Below are positions 36,328 through 49,550 of a DNA stretch of 64,000 bases, piece by piece. Below the pieces are notes generated by a model. That model had not been told where the DNA came from. It saw only the letters and a list, made by a program, of their open reading frames with translations, and did not search any database. The position numbers were made by a program, and so were the translations under genes. This stretch comes from Camelus ferus (Eukaryota), in contig NC_045696.1 in the NCBI RefSeq assembly GCF_009834535.1, forward strand, positions 72,480,001 to 72,544,000, in the 5' to 3' direction. Within the stretch, counting starts at the first letter, position 1. Each line of letters opens with the position of its first letter.

Positions 36328-37419
36328 GGAGGAAACCTAATACAGTGTACATCGCATAAATGTAAGAATTACTTTCTTAAAAGAGTCTCAAGTGATTTGG
36401 AAATACAGTTCACTCTCCAATCTGGTATCTCTCAGGAATATTCCATGGTTTAGGGTAAGACATTAGTTTCTGTAAAGACTTTCATGTGACATACTTTACA
36501 TACTGTATCACTGAAGTGAATTTGGGGTCTCAGAGGTTTTTTGAGAGGTGGACCACAGTGTGTTTATCTAGAGCTTTTTCTAACCGGGTGAGTTGGACCA
36601 TGATGTAGAAGTGGGTGTTGTACTGGGGGCCTGTTAAGCAGCTGCCCATGGCTTTCTTGGTTTACTCTGCTTTTCCATCTGTTTTACCTGTTTCTGTTTC
36701 TATTTCTGAATAATTTATTTTGCCATCTGCATGAACAGAACACCTGGCTGAAGGCTAACTCTTACATCTAAATAATTTAGAGAAAATAACCTCTTTAGTC
36801 TTTCTTGGAATAATGTAATAATTTTCGAGAACAAAGCCTTAAATAAATAACTTTTAGGGACATTTCTCGTGTTTTAACTATTACTCTAACAGTTTAAAGA
36901 TTAATATTAATCTATTTTTTAAAATTAAACTTGCCTCAATTTTTGTTTTTGTCCTTACTTTTTTCCTTATGATACCAGTTCTAGCAGTTTTGGTTAAGTT
37001 TCTTGCTGGTATGTTTTACATGTCTTTATTTAGAGGAACTGTTGTTTTCTGTAGACGATTATGACTTCATTATATCCTAACTAAAAAGCTGCTCAACTCT
37101 TGACTGCCTGTGAGAAATAGCAATAAATTCATGTGCTTTTTCCTAACAGCTTACTTTAGTAAATGCTTAGACTTCTATTAGCAAACATGCATGGTATGAC
37201 ATAAGAAATATTTCATTTTCTTTTGATGATTTCTGCTTTTGTTGAGGTTATCTTGGGGAAGCAATCATTTTAAGCGTTTTTTCACTACGAAAGGAAACTC
37301 AATTGTAGTACAAACTTGCGAATTGAAGGCAAGCACTCAAGTTGAACTTCTGCAGATCGATTTATTAATACATAATTTTATGAATTCTCATTCAAATTTC
37401 AGTGATGACAAGAATTAAA

Positions 37420-37590
37420 GTGTCTCATATCAAATCTCTACTTAGCTGCTTTACTAACTGTGTAATCTTAGGTGATCTTTCTGGGCCTTGATTTCCTCAT
37501 CTGTAAAATATGGACAATTACACTTGTCCTGTAGATTTTAGTGTAAAGTGCAGTGCATATAACATTTAGGTATTGAATAAATGGTGCCTC
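37420..37590 (+). mobile_element. MIR fragment
   Basis: TTACTAACTGTGTAATCTTAGG..CTGGGCCTTGATTTCCTCATCTGTAAAATATGGACAAT. Confidence 0.75.
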
Positions 37591-38394
37591 TATTTGTTAT
37601 TCAAATTGAATAAAGATTTAAGAATGGGTTATTCTGGCTGTCTTAGATGAATAAGATTTAAACAGTTTTAAGAAATTAATAATTTTGAAAAAATTCTAAA
37701 GTGTTTTACACCATTTCTTTTACTTTTATTCAGAATATACTGAACATAATTTTAATTGGAAAAATATGGTCATCAATGTAAACAATAGCTGTACACTACA
37801 TGTTGTGTACAACATGTGTAGAATAATTCATCAATATTCACAGGCTAGTTATAGATTACTATGTCTTCCCTCCTGTTACTGGTCCTGGATAATTTTCTGT
37901 TTTGCGGTCTTAGATCTACTTTTCTTAAGTTTATGTCTTCTCCCTGGCTAACAGCTGTCTTTTCTTGCTATACCTTACAGGTTTACCTGTAGTAATTCCT
38001 GTCTCTCATTTTAATTTTCTGCTTGAAATCTATTACGGGTTTGGAGCACAAAGTTCTAAGAGATGAATTTTCTTATGTGTAAGTTTTAGAGCAAGAATTT
38101 TGAGACATCTTGCTACTCACTAGCCAGTTGTTCTCAATTTGTGCTAGATAGCTGGTTTCTAGATACTCAAAATGTGTTGGTTTGCAAATCTATTCACAGA
38201 AGTACTAAGTTGTTTATTATATAAAGATGTGGTCACTATATCAACTAGGAAAGAGACAGTAAATTTTCATTTATGCAAATTTTAAACACTTTTATAATTC
38301 AAGTAACTAGAATAAGGCTAACAAAATAAAAAGTCAAGAAACAAGTTTAAGCTGTGCTTGATACAGTTTTTTATTGTATCTGAATTTATGGTAT

Positions 38395-39480
38395 TCAAAT
38401 CATTTGAAAATGTTCATCTTCACTATAGAACTTCTACTGTGAGCCAGGCAATGTGTGGTATGATGCAGATACCAAAGAAATAAAAGATACTTTATACCGA
38501 TAAAGAGGTCAGTCTGGTGATGGCAGGGTTGAGGGGAGGGAGGGAGGGCAGAGACATAAGCAAATAAATAAAGTGTAGTATGAACTATGATACAAGTATG
38601 CACAGAATATAATTGGGGGCACAAAGGCAAGGATGGGCCATTTTCCATTGTGGGGCCAAAGGAAGGGGGAGCCCAGATGTAGGAATAGTCTTCCAGAGCA
38701 AGTGAGATGTGCCTTAAACAATGAATTAATATTGTTGAGTCAGATCAGTCTGTAAATGGTATGTACAGCCTGATGTGGTAAATTTAGAGGCTGAAGTGGT
38801 AGCTTGAACCATTGTTCATGTAGCAAAAGGAACTGCAAAGGATTGCTGTGGCTGGAAGTTTAGGTGTGTGTGTTAGGGATGGAGGAGCAGAGAGATGAGA
38901 CCATACAAGTAGCTCTATCATGAAGGACCTTAAATGCTGTGCCTAGAAGTTTTCATTTTCTTCTGAAGCAGGAGGAGTCATGAAAAGCTTTAATCAGGGA
39001 ACTAATATGATCAGATTTGCATTTTCCAAAGATGCCTCTGATATAGTGTGTGGATGGAATGAAGAAAAGCAAGAATAGAGGCAGAGTGACAGATAATGGA
39101 GCTATGGCAATGGTCCAAGAAAGGAATTATGAATCTTGAACTCAGGAAGTGGGAATAAGAGGATGGGTCGATTTGAGAGGTATTTAGGAGGCAGGAATCA
39201 GCAAGACTTAATGACTGATTAGATTTCAGAGGGTAAATGGGGATGGAAATTGTGAGGAAACCTCAGGGGAGTAAAGAGTTAAGGACAGCTCTCAGGTTCA
39301 TGGCTGAAGTGACTGTATGGTTAGTGGTATCTCTTACTGTGATAGGAAATAGAGGAAAACAAACTTTAAAGAACAATACATTCAGTTTGAGACATGTGGG
39401 ATTTGAGATACTCATGGTCTAATTGGGTGCCTAATGCAGTGTGCAGCTAGTATACCAGTTGGATAAGCAGATGTATATTA
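38395..39480 (-). mobile_element. L2 LINE fragment (~1.1 kb)
   Basis: CTACTGTGAGCCAGGCA..ATATGATCAGATTTGCATTTT..GATTTGAGAGGTATTTAGGAGG..TTCAGTTTGAGACATGTGGGATTTGAGAT. Confidence 0.85.
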
Positions 39481-40165
39481 TGAAAAATTAGTGTTAAAAT
39501 ATATAGCTAACCAATAGCAAGATTCATCTAGTTAGTATTATGAGCCAATCATATGGTGCTAATAAAAGTTTGAAGAAGACAAGAAAAGAGTGGGTGGAGT
39601 TATACAGAAGAATTTCAGGGGATTTCTTGTTCAGATAGCTCAACTCCAAGTCCTTATGGCAGAAGATGGCACTTGAGGTATTTTTTGCTGTCCCTAGATG
39701 TGGTTCTGAACTCCTTGCTGCTGCCACTGTCTCCACTTTTAACTCAGCAACTAACTACTCTCTGATTATTTTTTTTCTCACTTTTCCCTACCTACATTTC
39801 TCTTTTCCCAGTCAAAGTGAATCTTTCCTTTCTTTGTGTTCCTATAGTACTCTACCAGAATTTTCCATGTGGCAGTGTAATTCATTCATATCATATCTGA
39901 CTAGATTATGAGACTTTTGATGGTGAGAACACAATTTTATTTATCTTGTACCCCAGTCCTGAAGATTGGGCCTGAATTTACATATGTGTGTGATTATGTA
40001 TATTATATCCGTATCATATATTATTGATACATACATTATATATGTATCAATAAATAGCAAATGAATATGTATGGCTAAGTCTGTTGGCCTGTTTGGCAGA
40101 CATATTTTCAATGCTTTATTTTGAACACCTGCTGTCAGCTCATAGGTACTAGATGCAATGAAGGC

Positions 40166-40670
40166 TGTATCAGTTATCTGTTGTAGAGTAACAAACCACC
40201 AAAACGTCATTGCTTAACACAAGAGCAGTTTATTTTTTCTCACTTTCTATGCTTTGACTAGGCTGTTCTGCTGCGTTCAGTTGGTCTCATTCTTTTGACT
40301 GCACTCGGGTCGGGGCTCTGTTGGGGTTGATGGTCTAAGAGGTTCTCACTCACACATCTGGAATGTCATTTGGGATAGCAGGAGTGGCTGAGATGTCTGA
40401 CTTCTTTCTCCATGTGGTCTTTCGTTCAGAGCACTTCGCAGCATGCTGTCTGCAAGACTCCAAGAGAACAAGAGCAGGGCCTGCAATGCCTCTTGAGCCG
40501 AGGCCCAGAGGCCTGTACAGAGACACTTCCAATGCATTCTGTTGCTCAAAGCCAGTCGCTTGTCAAAGCCAGGTGCAAAGGGAGAGAAAGAGACTCCACC
40601 TCCTGATGGGAAGAGGTGAAGTCATACCACAAGGAGACCTTTGGAATGAGTCATCTTTGCAAACGAATCA
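40166..40670 (-). mobile_element. Old MaLR MLT1 solo LTR
   Basis: TGTATCAGTTATCTGTTG..GTAACAAACCACCAAAA..GCTTAA..TTTATTTTTTCTCAC..GACTCCACCTCCTGATGGGAAGAG..CATCTTTGCAA. Confidence 0.8.
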
Positions 40671-43600
40671 GGGCATTTCCAAGGGACTGATTCTGCTTAT
40701 CATCACGCTTTATTGAACAATATTGGAGGTAAGACCAGAAATGCTTTTGTTAATGTCCACTCTAAATCTCTCAGAAGAGATACTTCTTGAAATACTGGGA
40801 TTGCTTAGTGTGTATTAACTAATGACAAATTAAGAAAAAGTGACCTCATGCTGAGATCTGAGCACAGAGTTGAACTTGACAATAATAATAATGAGGAGAG
40901 AGAAAATTTCTGAATTAGGCAAAGTAGAAAAGGAAAATAATGAAAAGGCAAGGGTACATCTTGGAAAAAATCAAAGATGTTCTGGCTGGCTTTATAAAAG
41001 AGGAGTCCGTGCAGAGTATGAGGTAATGCTGATACTGCAACCCCAGCATAAGAGATAGGTGTATATCTACATCTATAACCATATTTTTATAGATATGTGT
41101 GAATGTATAGAGGTAGATACAGATATAGGTGGATGGACATCTGGGAAAAAAGCACTATGATTGTAGGGGTGATTTTAAAAGATATTCACACTGAAAATCT
41201 CCAGAAGAGTAATATTAGAAAAGGGAAAAATAAGTAAAATCCTCATAAAAGGATAAAAATAAAGAAGATTAAGCATCCAGGTGAAGTCACAGAGATAAAC
41301 AAGTCAAGGCAGTAGATTTCCTAATTGAATCCTACCACAGGCAATCTGGTATTAGAAAGAATAAGGAAAAGGAAACAGAATGGACACATCTGGGTATAAT
41401 TGATACATAATGCTCAGGTGAAAATGTGGGTCTCTTCCACTAGTCCTGTTATTTAAGTATTAAAAATTTCCTCTAAGGAAAACAGAGTCATTGAACAGGT
41501 GTCCAGCATTCTTGGTAGCATATCTCATTGGCTTATTGAGCTATGACATGAAATCATCACATGGAGTTTGTGCTTCTGACACATTTGTGTCTTATACACA
41601 CAGTGCTGCTGAATGTTTGTCTATAGTTCTTATTAATGACAACCTTTGTAGCTTTCGAGGACTCGAAGGAAGGGGGGTTCCTCACCTCCCCTCATCAAGC
41701 CTCTGGCTCTTCCTGACACTGAGGAGTCTTAGCTGACGATGTAAGAGCAGACCTCCCTTCAGGTGGTGGGTCCTCGAACACTTATTTCTAGGTGAGCCAG
41801 GGAGGCCTGCCTAAGAATGCACGGTGGCTTGAAAGAGGACTGGGGAAGCAATTTTCTTTCTCTTCTTATCTCAGCAGTCTTACTGTTGCCAATGCCGTGC
41901 TTCACACCTGAGGGTAAGGATTGGAAGAAGAGAGGAGAGAGAGAGGCAGGCACATTGCCTTCACTCACCTTCATAAGTCTGTGGAGGGGGTGCTATTGTG
42001 TCTCCATGGGCTGATAGCAGCCCACTTTCCCCTCTGTGACAGGGAAGGAGACTGGCTAAATATCCTGCCATCATGAAATTAGCTTTCAATTTAATTAGTA
42101 GTTGGAACCTAGACTGCTCATGGATCTTGTGGTCATTGAGAGGTCTGTTAAGTCCTCTAGTTTGTGTCGTCTTGATGGCATGTATCATTTCCTACCATGT
42201 ATGGTCTTAATCCTTCCATTATGTATAGGGCCTGTCATTGATACCTTTATGCCTTACAGTGTCTAAAACAATGCCTTGCACAGAGTAAAAACTCAATAAA
42301 TATTTATTAAAGGAGTACATGAGTGAAGGATAAAAGCATATCTAATTATGAATGGCAGGATAACTTTGTGATGGCTGGAGTTCTATTTGATATTCATCTT
42401 TTCAAACAAATTTTAATCATTAAAATGATTTTCATGTCTTTGTTAACTTCAGTGATTCCCTTGATGTTCCATATCAGAAATACAACAAACTATGACAAAG
42501 ACATAATTTTACCTCAGTGTCAATATTTAATTTCTCACTTTTTAGAGGGGATGCTCTGATTCTTTCTCAAGTTCCCTTATCCTAAAAGAAAAAATGGCTT
42601 CTATGTGATGTAGTCTTGTATTCTTCATGTCTACTTTATTAACTATATGGCACATTTTATTTTCTTCTAAGATATTAATCATACGTATTCACCTTTCCTT
42701 TTGTATTTAAAAGCCAAGGGTCAGGAATTTCCAAGGAAACACTTTGTTACAGTTCCAGAATAGTGAGAAAACACAATGGTAGAGACTAAAATCTATCATG
42801 GTATTTTGGCTTCCTGCCTTCCTTTAATTTTACAATGGGGGGAAAATCAAGGTGAGACTTGATTCCCTTTAGGAGTCCCTTTCCTGTGTGCTCTGTGTCT
42901 AGCCAGAAGAGAGACTGACAGAATGATAACACTCGATGCCAGGCTCTCTTGCCCACTCAAAGACCCTCCCTCAGGTATCAGTTGCTTGGCTGATTTTTTA
43001 GGTCAACTAGACACCTCCCCTGAGACTCACCTGGCCTGAGGGGTAGAGCAACCAGAAAACCCTCTCATGGAGGGCAGCTGTTATCTGAGCTAGGATCAAA
43101 GTCCCCCTCTGTACTCCAGAAAAACATCTTCCAAACTGGGTCTCTTTCTCCATGATTCGAATGAATGTTGAATGAGTCCCCAGGGACACCAGTTGCTTTG
43201 CTTAGGAACAAGCTGTCAGAAATACTGTGTGATGAAAGTTTACCTCCTTTTAAAGTTCTTTTTGTTTGAGCATTTTTGTTCATTGCCTTAGAGGACCATC
43301 AGAAGTTAATCGAGAAATAGACAACAGGGAAATGTGGTGATTAATTTTTTGACACTTCATTTGTACTTTGGGTTTTGTTTTTCCTGAAGTATGACATTGC
43401 TTCACTCAGGTAGTATTTATAGTACCCATGAAAGGTGCTATGAGTATAAAAAGCCATTGCTCAAACATTCTGTTATATACATGAAAGCAATAAAAATAGT
43501 AAGTAACTTTCTTACTGATCAGATTTGGGTTGCAAAGTGATAGTTGCTTTTGCCTTACACCAAATCTTTTAGACCTGTCAATACTGACAACCTTAAACTA

Positions 43601-44752
43601 GGTAACATGCATGTTCTTAATGGAAGTTTGGTAGTCCAAAGGGATCAACATGAATTATTCATTTAGAGATTCCAGATTTACAGAGATGCAAATGTATTGA
43701 AAGTGGTGTTTCGGTTTATTGCTATGCAGATAAACAGCCCTGGAGGGTAAATGTCAGGATCTGGAACAATGTGTCATTCACCTTATAGTATCTAGCAATT
43801 ACCACGGGCTTGGAACAGAGTAAAGGTAATATAAGTATCTCTTGAGGTGAACTAGATTGAGCATAGCTTCAGTTATCCTGTTAGAATTATAGAACCGATG
43901 ACTAAAGTAGGGGTAAAAATATCATAAGGACAGAATATATACGTGGGCCAAGCAGACAGAATATAGCATTTGGAATTACGCTTTTTAGGTGATGCATTTG
44001 GAATACATCCATTCTTTTCAGCATAAATATATTTTGCTGACATCATAGTAATAGCCAGTTTTATTTGGTGCATTTCAGGTTGCCCAGTTTAAATTGATGT
44101 TTTTGGTAGCACTACTAGTGGGTAGGTGGATGGGTCAGATATTTTAGTCATGGCACATACTATTGTACAGCCATCTGTTATATTGAATGGATTATTTTGT
44201 TTATCAAGTTTCTTTGAATAGCAATTTCAGTTTTGTATCTTATTTCCTTCTTTGATGCGGGTATTGCCAGCAGATGCAAGCTACATATTGGCTTGAGTTT
44301 CTTGCAGTTCCCTGGCTAGGTTTTTTTTTTTTTTTCCTTCCTTTTAGCACTTTCCTTCTCAACAAATGTGTCATTCTAAAGAAATTCAGCATTTTGAACA
44401 TAATCTCCTAAAATTAACAGCCTCACAGATTCTTCTTCTAAGAAACATTTCTTATGTTTCCAAGGTCATTACCAATAATACTACAATGCTCTTTCTTTCT
44501 TTTTTTTCCTTTTTTTTTTTTTTTTTGGCCTTTATTTCTATGCTTTGAGAGAAGAGTTCATGGTTTTTGTCTAGGATGCTGTTGAACAGTTACTCTATTT
44601 ATTTAAATCAGCAGAACCCCGTCTGGACTAGAGTTTGTGTCAATATACCTGAACACAAAGCATTGATATTACCTGGAAATCAGATAAATCCAAACAAGTA
44701 TCATGGTAACCCCATTGTAGGAAACCAAGCGCCTCTTGTCAAGACTACAAAT

Positions 44753-44781
44753 ATGATGATGATGATGATAATGATGATGAT
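44753..44781 (+). repeat. Imperfect (ATG)n microsatellite
   Basis: ATGATGATGATGATGATAATGATGATGAT. Confidence 0.9.
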
Positions 44782-44784
44782 AAA

Positions 44785-45045
44785 AGTTAACATTTAACCA
44801 CTACTTGCTCTGTGTCAGGTGTCATTCAAAATATCTGTCTATCTATCCATCATCTAGCTAGTCACTCACATTTCACAACAAAACTGTACGGTAAGTATTA
44901 TCCCCATTTCACATTTAAGGAAACTGAGGTTACAGTAACATTAAGTACAGCCCCCAAATTCAGAGCAAATGGTTAGTAAATAGCAGTCAGATTTCACACC
45001 TAGACAGGGTAGCTCCAAATTTTTTACTTTTAACCATATGCTACA
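44785..45045 (-). mobile_element. MIR SINE
   Basis: GTAAGTATTATCCCCATTTCACATTTAAGGAAACTGAGG..GATTTCACACCTAGACAG..TTAACCATATGCTAC. Confidence 0.75.
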
Positions 45046-46439
45046 TCACAGGTATTTACCAATAAAGGAGGGAGACAGACAATGGTACAAACATACTGTT
45101 GCTGTAGTCCCTGACTTTAAGTTGCTCAGACTAGAAGAGGATAAGAATTGGAAATAGGTTAATTCAATACAAAGAGAACATAGAGGAAGAATATGGAAGA
45201 CTAGTTGAGGAGAGGTCTCAGAGACAGGAAACCCGGCTAGCTGAAGACTGAGCAGAAGCCAGGCTTCTTGGTCCCCGGAGGTTCTTAGTCCCTGGAGGGA
45301 GCAAGAGCATGAATTGAGGCAGAAAGTCAGGACACTGTAGTGAGGATGTGAGGAGAGTCCCCTCATGTGGTGCCACTAGAATACAAAGTAGGCATCTGGT
45401 CAGTGGCAGAAGGTGAACACAGAGAGGTAGGCAGGAATTCAGTGGGAGGTACTTCTTGATAGGTGTCTTCAAGGTCAAGATAAGAGTGTTTAATATGGCC
45501 TGCTCTTGGCAATATGGAAAACACAAAGCTGTCAGCATCTGCTTCTTGTCTGCTGCCAGGGGAAGACCTGGCATGTGAGGCTGGTGACCAGACGCTTAGT
45601 GCTCTCCTCCCCCTCCTCCTCATTCCACCTCCAAGCAGGGCTTTGCGGTCGGCGGGGAAGGGCTGGCTCCTTTGTCTGTACTCCCATATCATCATTTCAC
45701 TCGTGACGGCACCACTCTCCTTCTGGGATGTGGTCTTGAGGTTCCATGTTGGTAATCCCTCTGCTGAATGACACTGAACCTTGAGTAGAGTTCTTTTCTC
45801 CTTTTTTTGCTGGTGGAAGAATCACTGTGATTATGTTGGACGAACATATATTCACTGGCCTGGTATTCTGACTGAATTGGAAAATCAGCAAGAGTGAGCA
45901 CTCCTGAAGAAGAAGCAAAAGGCTGAAGAATAAGAGCAGGAGGGAGAAGCTTAAAAGAAATTTTAAACGTGAGACACTGGCAAAAGCAAGATAGGGCAGT
46001 GCTAAAAACAGATGATGTGACTTTAATGTAGCTTCATAATGCCTTGTAGGGTTCAAAGTACTGAGTTATTGTGGTTCCAGGAGATTTTTCTTACCTTTAT
46101 TTATGGCATTTAATACCTTGTTCCACTGTAATTAACATGTCTCTACCACTAGACTGTCAGATCCTCAAGTCTGATCTTATTCCTCTTTCCACATCTCTAA
46201 CAATTATCCTAGAGCTTGGCACACAGTTATTACTCAATAAATGAATGTCAAATAGAAAAACCAATGGAGAGGTGCAGAGAAATATGGGCCTCATTTGTAT
46301 AGGTTGTGGGCTGTGTAAAGAGAAACAGAGGGTTTAGGATAAAGGAAAATTATGCAAAACAATCAAAATGATATAAAAACTGATAAAAATTAGACTTTAG
46401 AACCTCCAGTTGTTTATCTTTATTTCTCTTTTTTGAAAA

Positions 46440-47930
46440 AAAAAAACATTTAGACTTCATTTGAGGAGGCAGTTTTAGGTTTACAGAAAATTAAGCAGAA
46501 AGTACTGAGAGTTCCCATACCTTCCCTTTCTGCCTCCCTCAGTTTCCCCTATTGTTAATGTCTTATCTTGGTGTGGTACATTTGTTACAACTTATGAACC
46601 AATACTGATATATTATTATTAACTAAAGGCCATAGTTTACATTGGGATTCACTCTGTGTTGTGCAGTTTTATGGGTTTTGCCAAAAACATAATGTCATGT
46701 ATCCACTGTACAGTAGCATATAGAAGGGTTTCACTGCCCTAAAAGTCTCCAGTGCCCTACCTATTTATTCCTTCCCCTTCCACCAAAACTCTGGAAACTA
46801 CTGATTTGTTTTCAATTGTTCCTCTAGTTTTCCTTTTACCAGAATGTCATATGTTTGGAGTCGTACAGTATGTAGCTTTTTCAAACTGGCTTCCTTTACT
46901 CAGCAATGTACATGCAAGTTTCCCACATTCCATTGCTTGATGCTTATTTCTTTTTATTGCTGAATAATATTCTAATATATGGAAATACCATGGGCTGTTT
47001 ATCCTATCACCTATTAAAAGACATTTCTGTTGTTTCCAGGTTTTGGCAATTATGATTAAAACTGCTGTAAATACCTGTGTACAAATTTTTGTGTGAATGT
47101 AAGTTTTCTACTCATTTGGATAAATATCTAGGAGTGTGATTGCTGGGTCATGTGATAAGACTAGGTTTAGCTTTGTAAACTGCCAAACTGTTTTCCAAAG
47201 TGACTGTGCCTTTTACTCCACAGCCTCGCCAGTATTCAGTGATGTCACTGTTTTGGATTTTCACTATTCTGATAGGTATGTTGTATCTGGTGTTTTAATG
47301 TTCAGTTCCCTAAAGGCTTATGATTTGTAGCATCTTTTCACTTGCTTACCTGCCATCTGTATATCTGCTTTGGTGGAGTGCTTGTTCAGATCTTCTGCCC
47401 ATGTTTTATTGGATTGTTTGTTTTCTTATTGATGAATTTTAAGTTCTTTGTATATTTTGGATACAAGTTCTTTACCAGCTGTGTGTTTTGCAGGTATTTT
47501 CTCCTAGCCTGTGGCTTGTTTTTTTTATTCTCTTAACAGTGTCTTTTGCAGAGTAATTTTTTAGTGAAGTCCAACTTGTATTGTTTGTTTTATGAGGGGG
47601 AGGTGATTAGGTTTCTTCATTGATTTCCGCTTCGAGAAGGTACTGGGGATTGAACCCCTGACCTCTTGGGTGCTGAGCATGCGCTCTACCACTTGAGCTA
47701 TACCCTTCTTCCTAGTAAAGTCCAACTCATCAGTTTTTTTCTTTCATCAATTGTGCTTTTTGTGTTGTACCAAAAATACTCATTGCCATACCCAAAGTCA
47801 CCTAAATTTTCTTTTATGTTATCTTCTAGAAATTTTATACTTTTGCTTTTTTACATTAGATCTATGATTCATTTTGAGCTAATTTTTGTCAAAGGTGTGA
47901 AGTCAGTGTTTAGATTCATTTTAAACTAAC
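46440..47930 (-). mobile_element. L1MC-like 3' fragment (contains a SINE insertion)
   Basis: GCAGTTTTAGGTTTACAGAAAATTAAGCAGAAAGTAC..ACATTTGTTACAA..GATTGCTGGGTCATGTGATAAG..TCTATGATTCATTTTGAGCTAATTTTTGT. Confidence 0.9.
47577..47712 (-). mobile_element. tRNA-derived SINE (camelid-type) inserted in L1MC
   Basis: GGGGGAGGTGATTAGG..GGTACTGGGGATTGAACCC..GCATGCGCTCTACCACTTGAGCTATACCC; 15-bp TSD TAGTGAAGTCCAACT (47562-47576) / TAGTAAAGTCCAACT (47713-47727). Confidence 0.93.
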
Positions 47931-48239
47931 CTATTTGGTTGTTTTTGTTTTGTTTGTTTTACTATCCTTGTAATATTGGTTCTGGTGTTTTTGGTGCAAG
48001 CTTATTCCTCCCCTGATTAAGTCAGTCTATTTGTTTCTAAAATATGATAATCTTCAACAAGCTGATATATTTTATTAGCTTCATCATTTTACTTCCCAAA
48101 GACTCTATCATGAAATGGGTGTGTTTGAATAATATACTTAATCTCTTTTTTCTGGCATTTTCTAAAATGTAAAAACGGAAGCAATCCTAAATATCAGAGC
48201 TTTAGTGAAAGGATTAAATATCAACGCTTAAGGGATGAG

Positions 48240-48425
48240 AGTTACGTTCACTGAGTACTTACTATATTTTAGGCACTGCAGTAGAAATTTAAACATATTT
48301 CATTTAGCCCTCTTGGAAGTTTTTATTCCCATTTTGTCAGCAAAGAAGTGCAAAGCTCAGAGAAGTTCCAAAAAGTGGAACTAGAATTTGAAACCAGCTT
48401 TGACCTGCACCAAAGTATCTGCTCA
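48240..48425 (-). mobile_element. MIR fragment
   Basis: ACTGAGTACTTACTAT..AGGCACTG..ATTCCCATTTTGTCAG..GCTCAGAGAAGTT..GAATTTGAAACCAG. Confidence 0.65.
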
Positions 48426-49434
48426 CTTCGTTTGCCCACATCACCTTCTTCTCAGGGACTCAGAAGGAAAGTTTGGAAAGAACTCATCTTTCCTTGAACT
48501 GAAACTTGGAAGGTTTGGGTGTTGTGTTAGATTTTTGTCAAAAGAAGGGAGAGGAATAAGACAGAGAAAAAATTATTGTAATGAACCTCACATATATTCA
48601 TTCATTCAAGCATTCAAACAGCATTTATTGAGCACCCACTGTGAGTCAGGCATGAACAGACACTGTGAGCTTTTAATGAGGAAAGTGGGGTGGGGGTCGG
48701 TGGACTTGACATTTTCTTCATTTGCCTCCAACAGAGGCTCTGTTTCATCCTGTGGAAGTAGTGCCGGTCCTCAGTGCAGAACTGAAGAACCTCAGATTGG
48801 AAAATGCCTAAGCTTTTGCCACCATAGAAGCAGATTGCCAATAGGTAGTGAAGATGAGCATAGACTGCTATGTTCGTGGCAGGTGGTCTCAAGAAGCCTG
48901 GGTTACTCTTTTTTTTTTTTTTTTTTTTTGGTTTTCTTTTGGCTCTGTTAGTCTGTTTCAAGTCAGATTTTTTCCACTTTCCTTTCTTCTAGGCACCACA
49001 CGGAGGACTGCTTATTTATCAAGTAAATACAGGACTGTGATGGTTAATTTTATGGCTCACTTTGGCTGGGCTAAAGGATGCTCAGATAGCTGGCCAAATA
49101 TTATTTCTGAGGATGTTTACCAAAGAGATTACCGTTTGAATTGGGAGGCTGAGTAAAGAAGATTGCCCTCACCAATGCAGGTGGGCGTCTTCTAATCCAT
49201 TGAGTTCCTGAATAGAACAAAGAGAGAGAGGAGAATTTGCTCTCTGCTTGAGTTGGAGTATTCTCCTCTCTTGCCCTTGAACATTGATGCTCATGGTGCT
49301 CAGGCCTTTGGGCTCAGACTGAATTATGCCACTGGCTTTCCTGGTTCTCCAGCTTGCAGATGGCAGATCATGGGACTTCTCAGTCTCTATAATTGCATAA
49401 GCCAATTCCTATAATAAGTCTTTATATGCATGTG

Positions 49435-49438
<4 letters not shown>

Positions 49439-49468
<30 letters not shown>
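49439..49468 (+). repeat. (TG)15 microsatellite
   Basis: Uninterrupted TG run. Confidence 0.97.
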
Positions 49469-49472
<4 letters not shown>

Positions 49473-49503
49473 AACTTCTCATCGATTTCAAGAATGCTCT
49501 AAT

Positions 49504-49550
<47 letters not shown>
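49504..49550 (+). repeat. (GATA)11 microsatellite followed by poly-T
   Basis: Uninterrupted GATA run, then T run to 49564. Confidence 0.97.

Noticed and set aside
47640..47712. Possible tRNA gene (A- and B-box-like motifs)
   Set aside because: Has a SINE tail and a 15-bp TSD, and no complete cloverleaf; the same holds for the 34.9 kb copy.
48388..48951. 187-aa + strand ORF
   Set aside because: Non-ATG start, runs through MIR and L2 relics and a poly-T tract, and shows no protein-like features.
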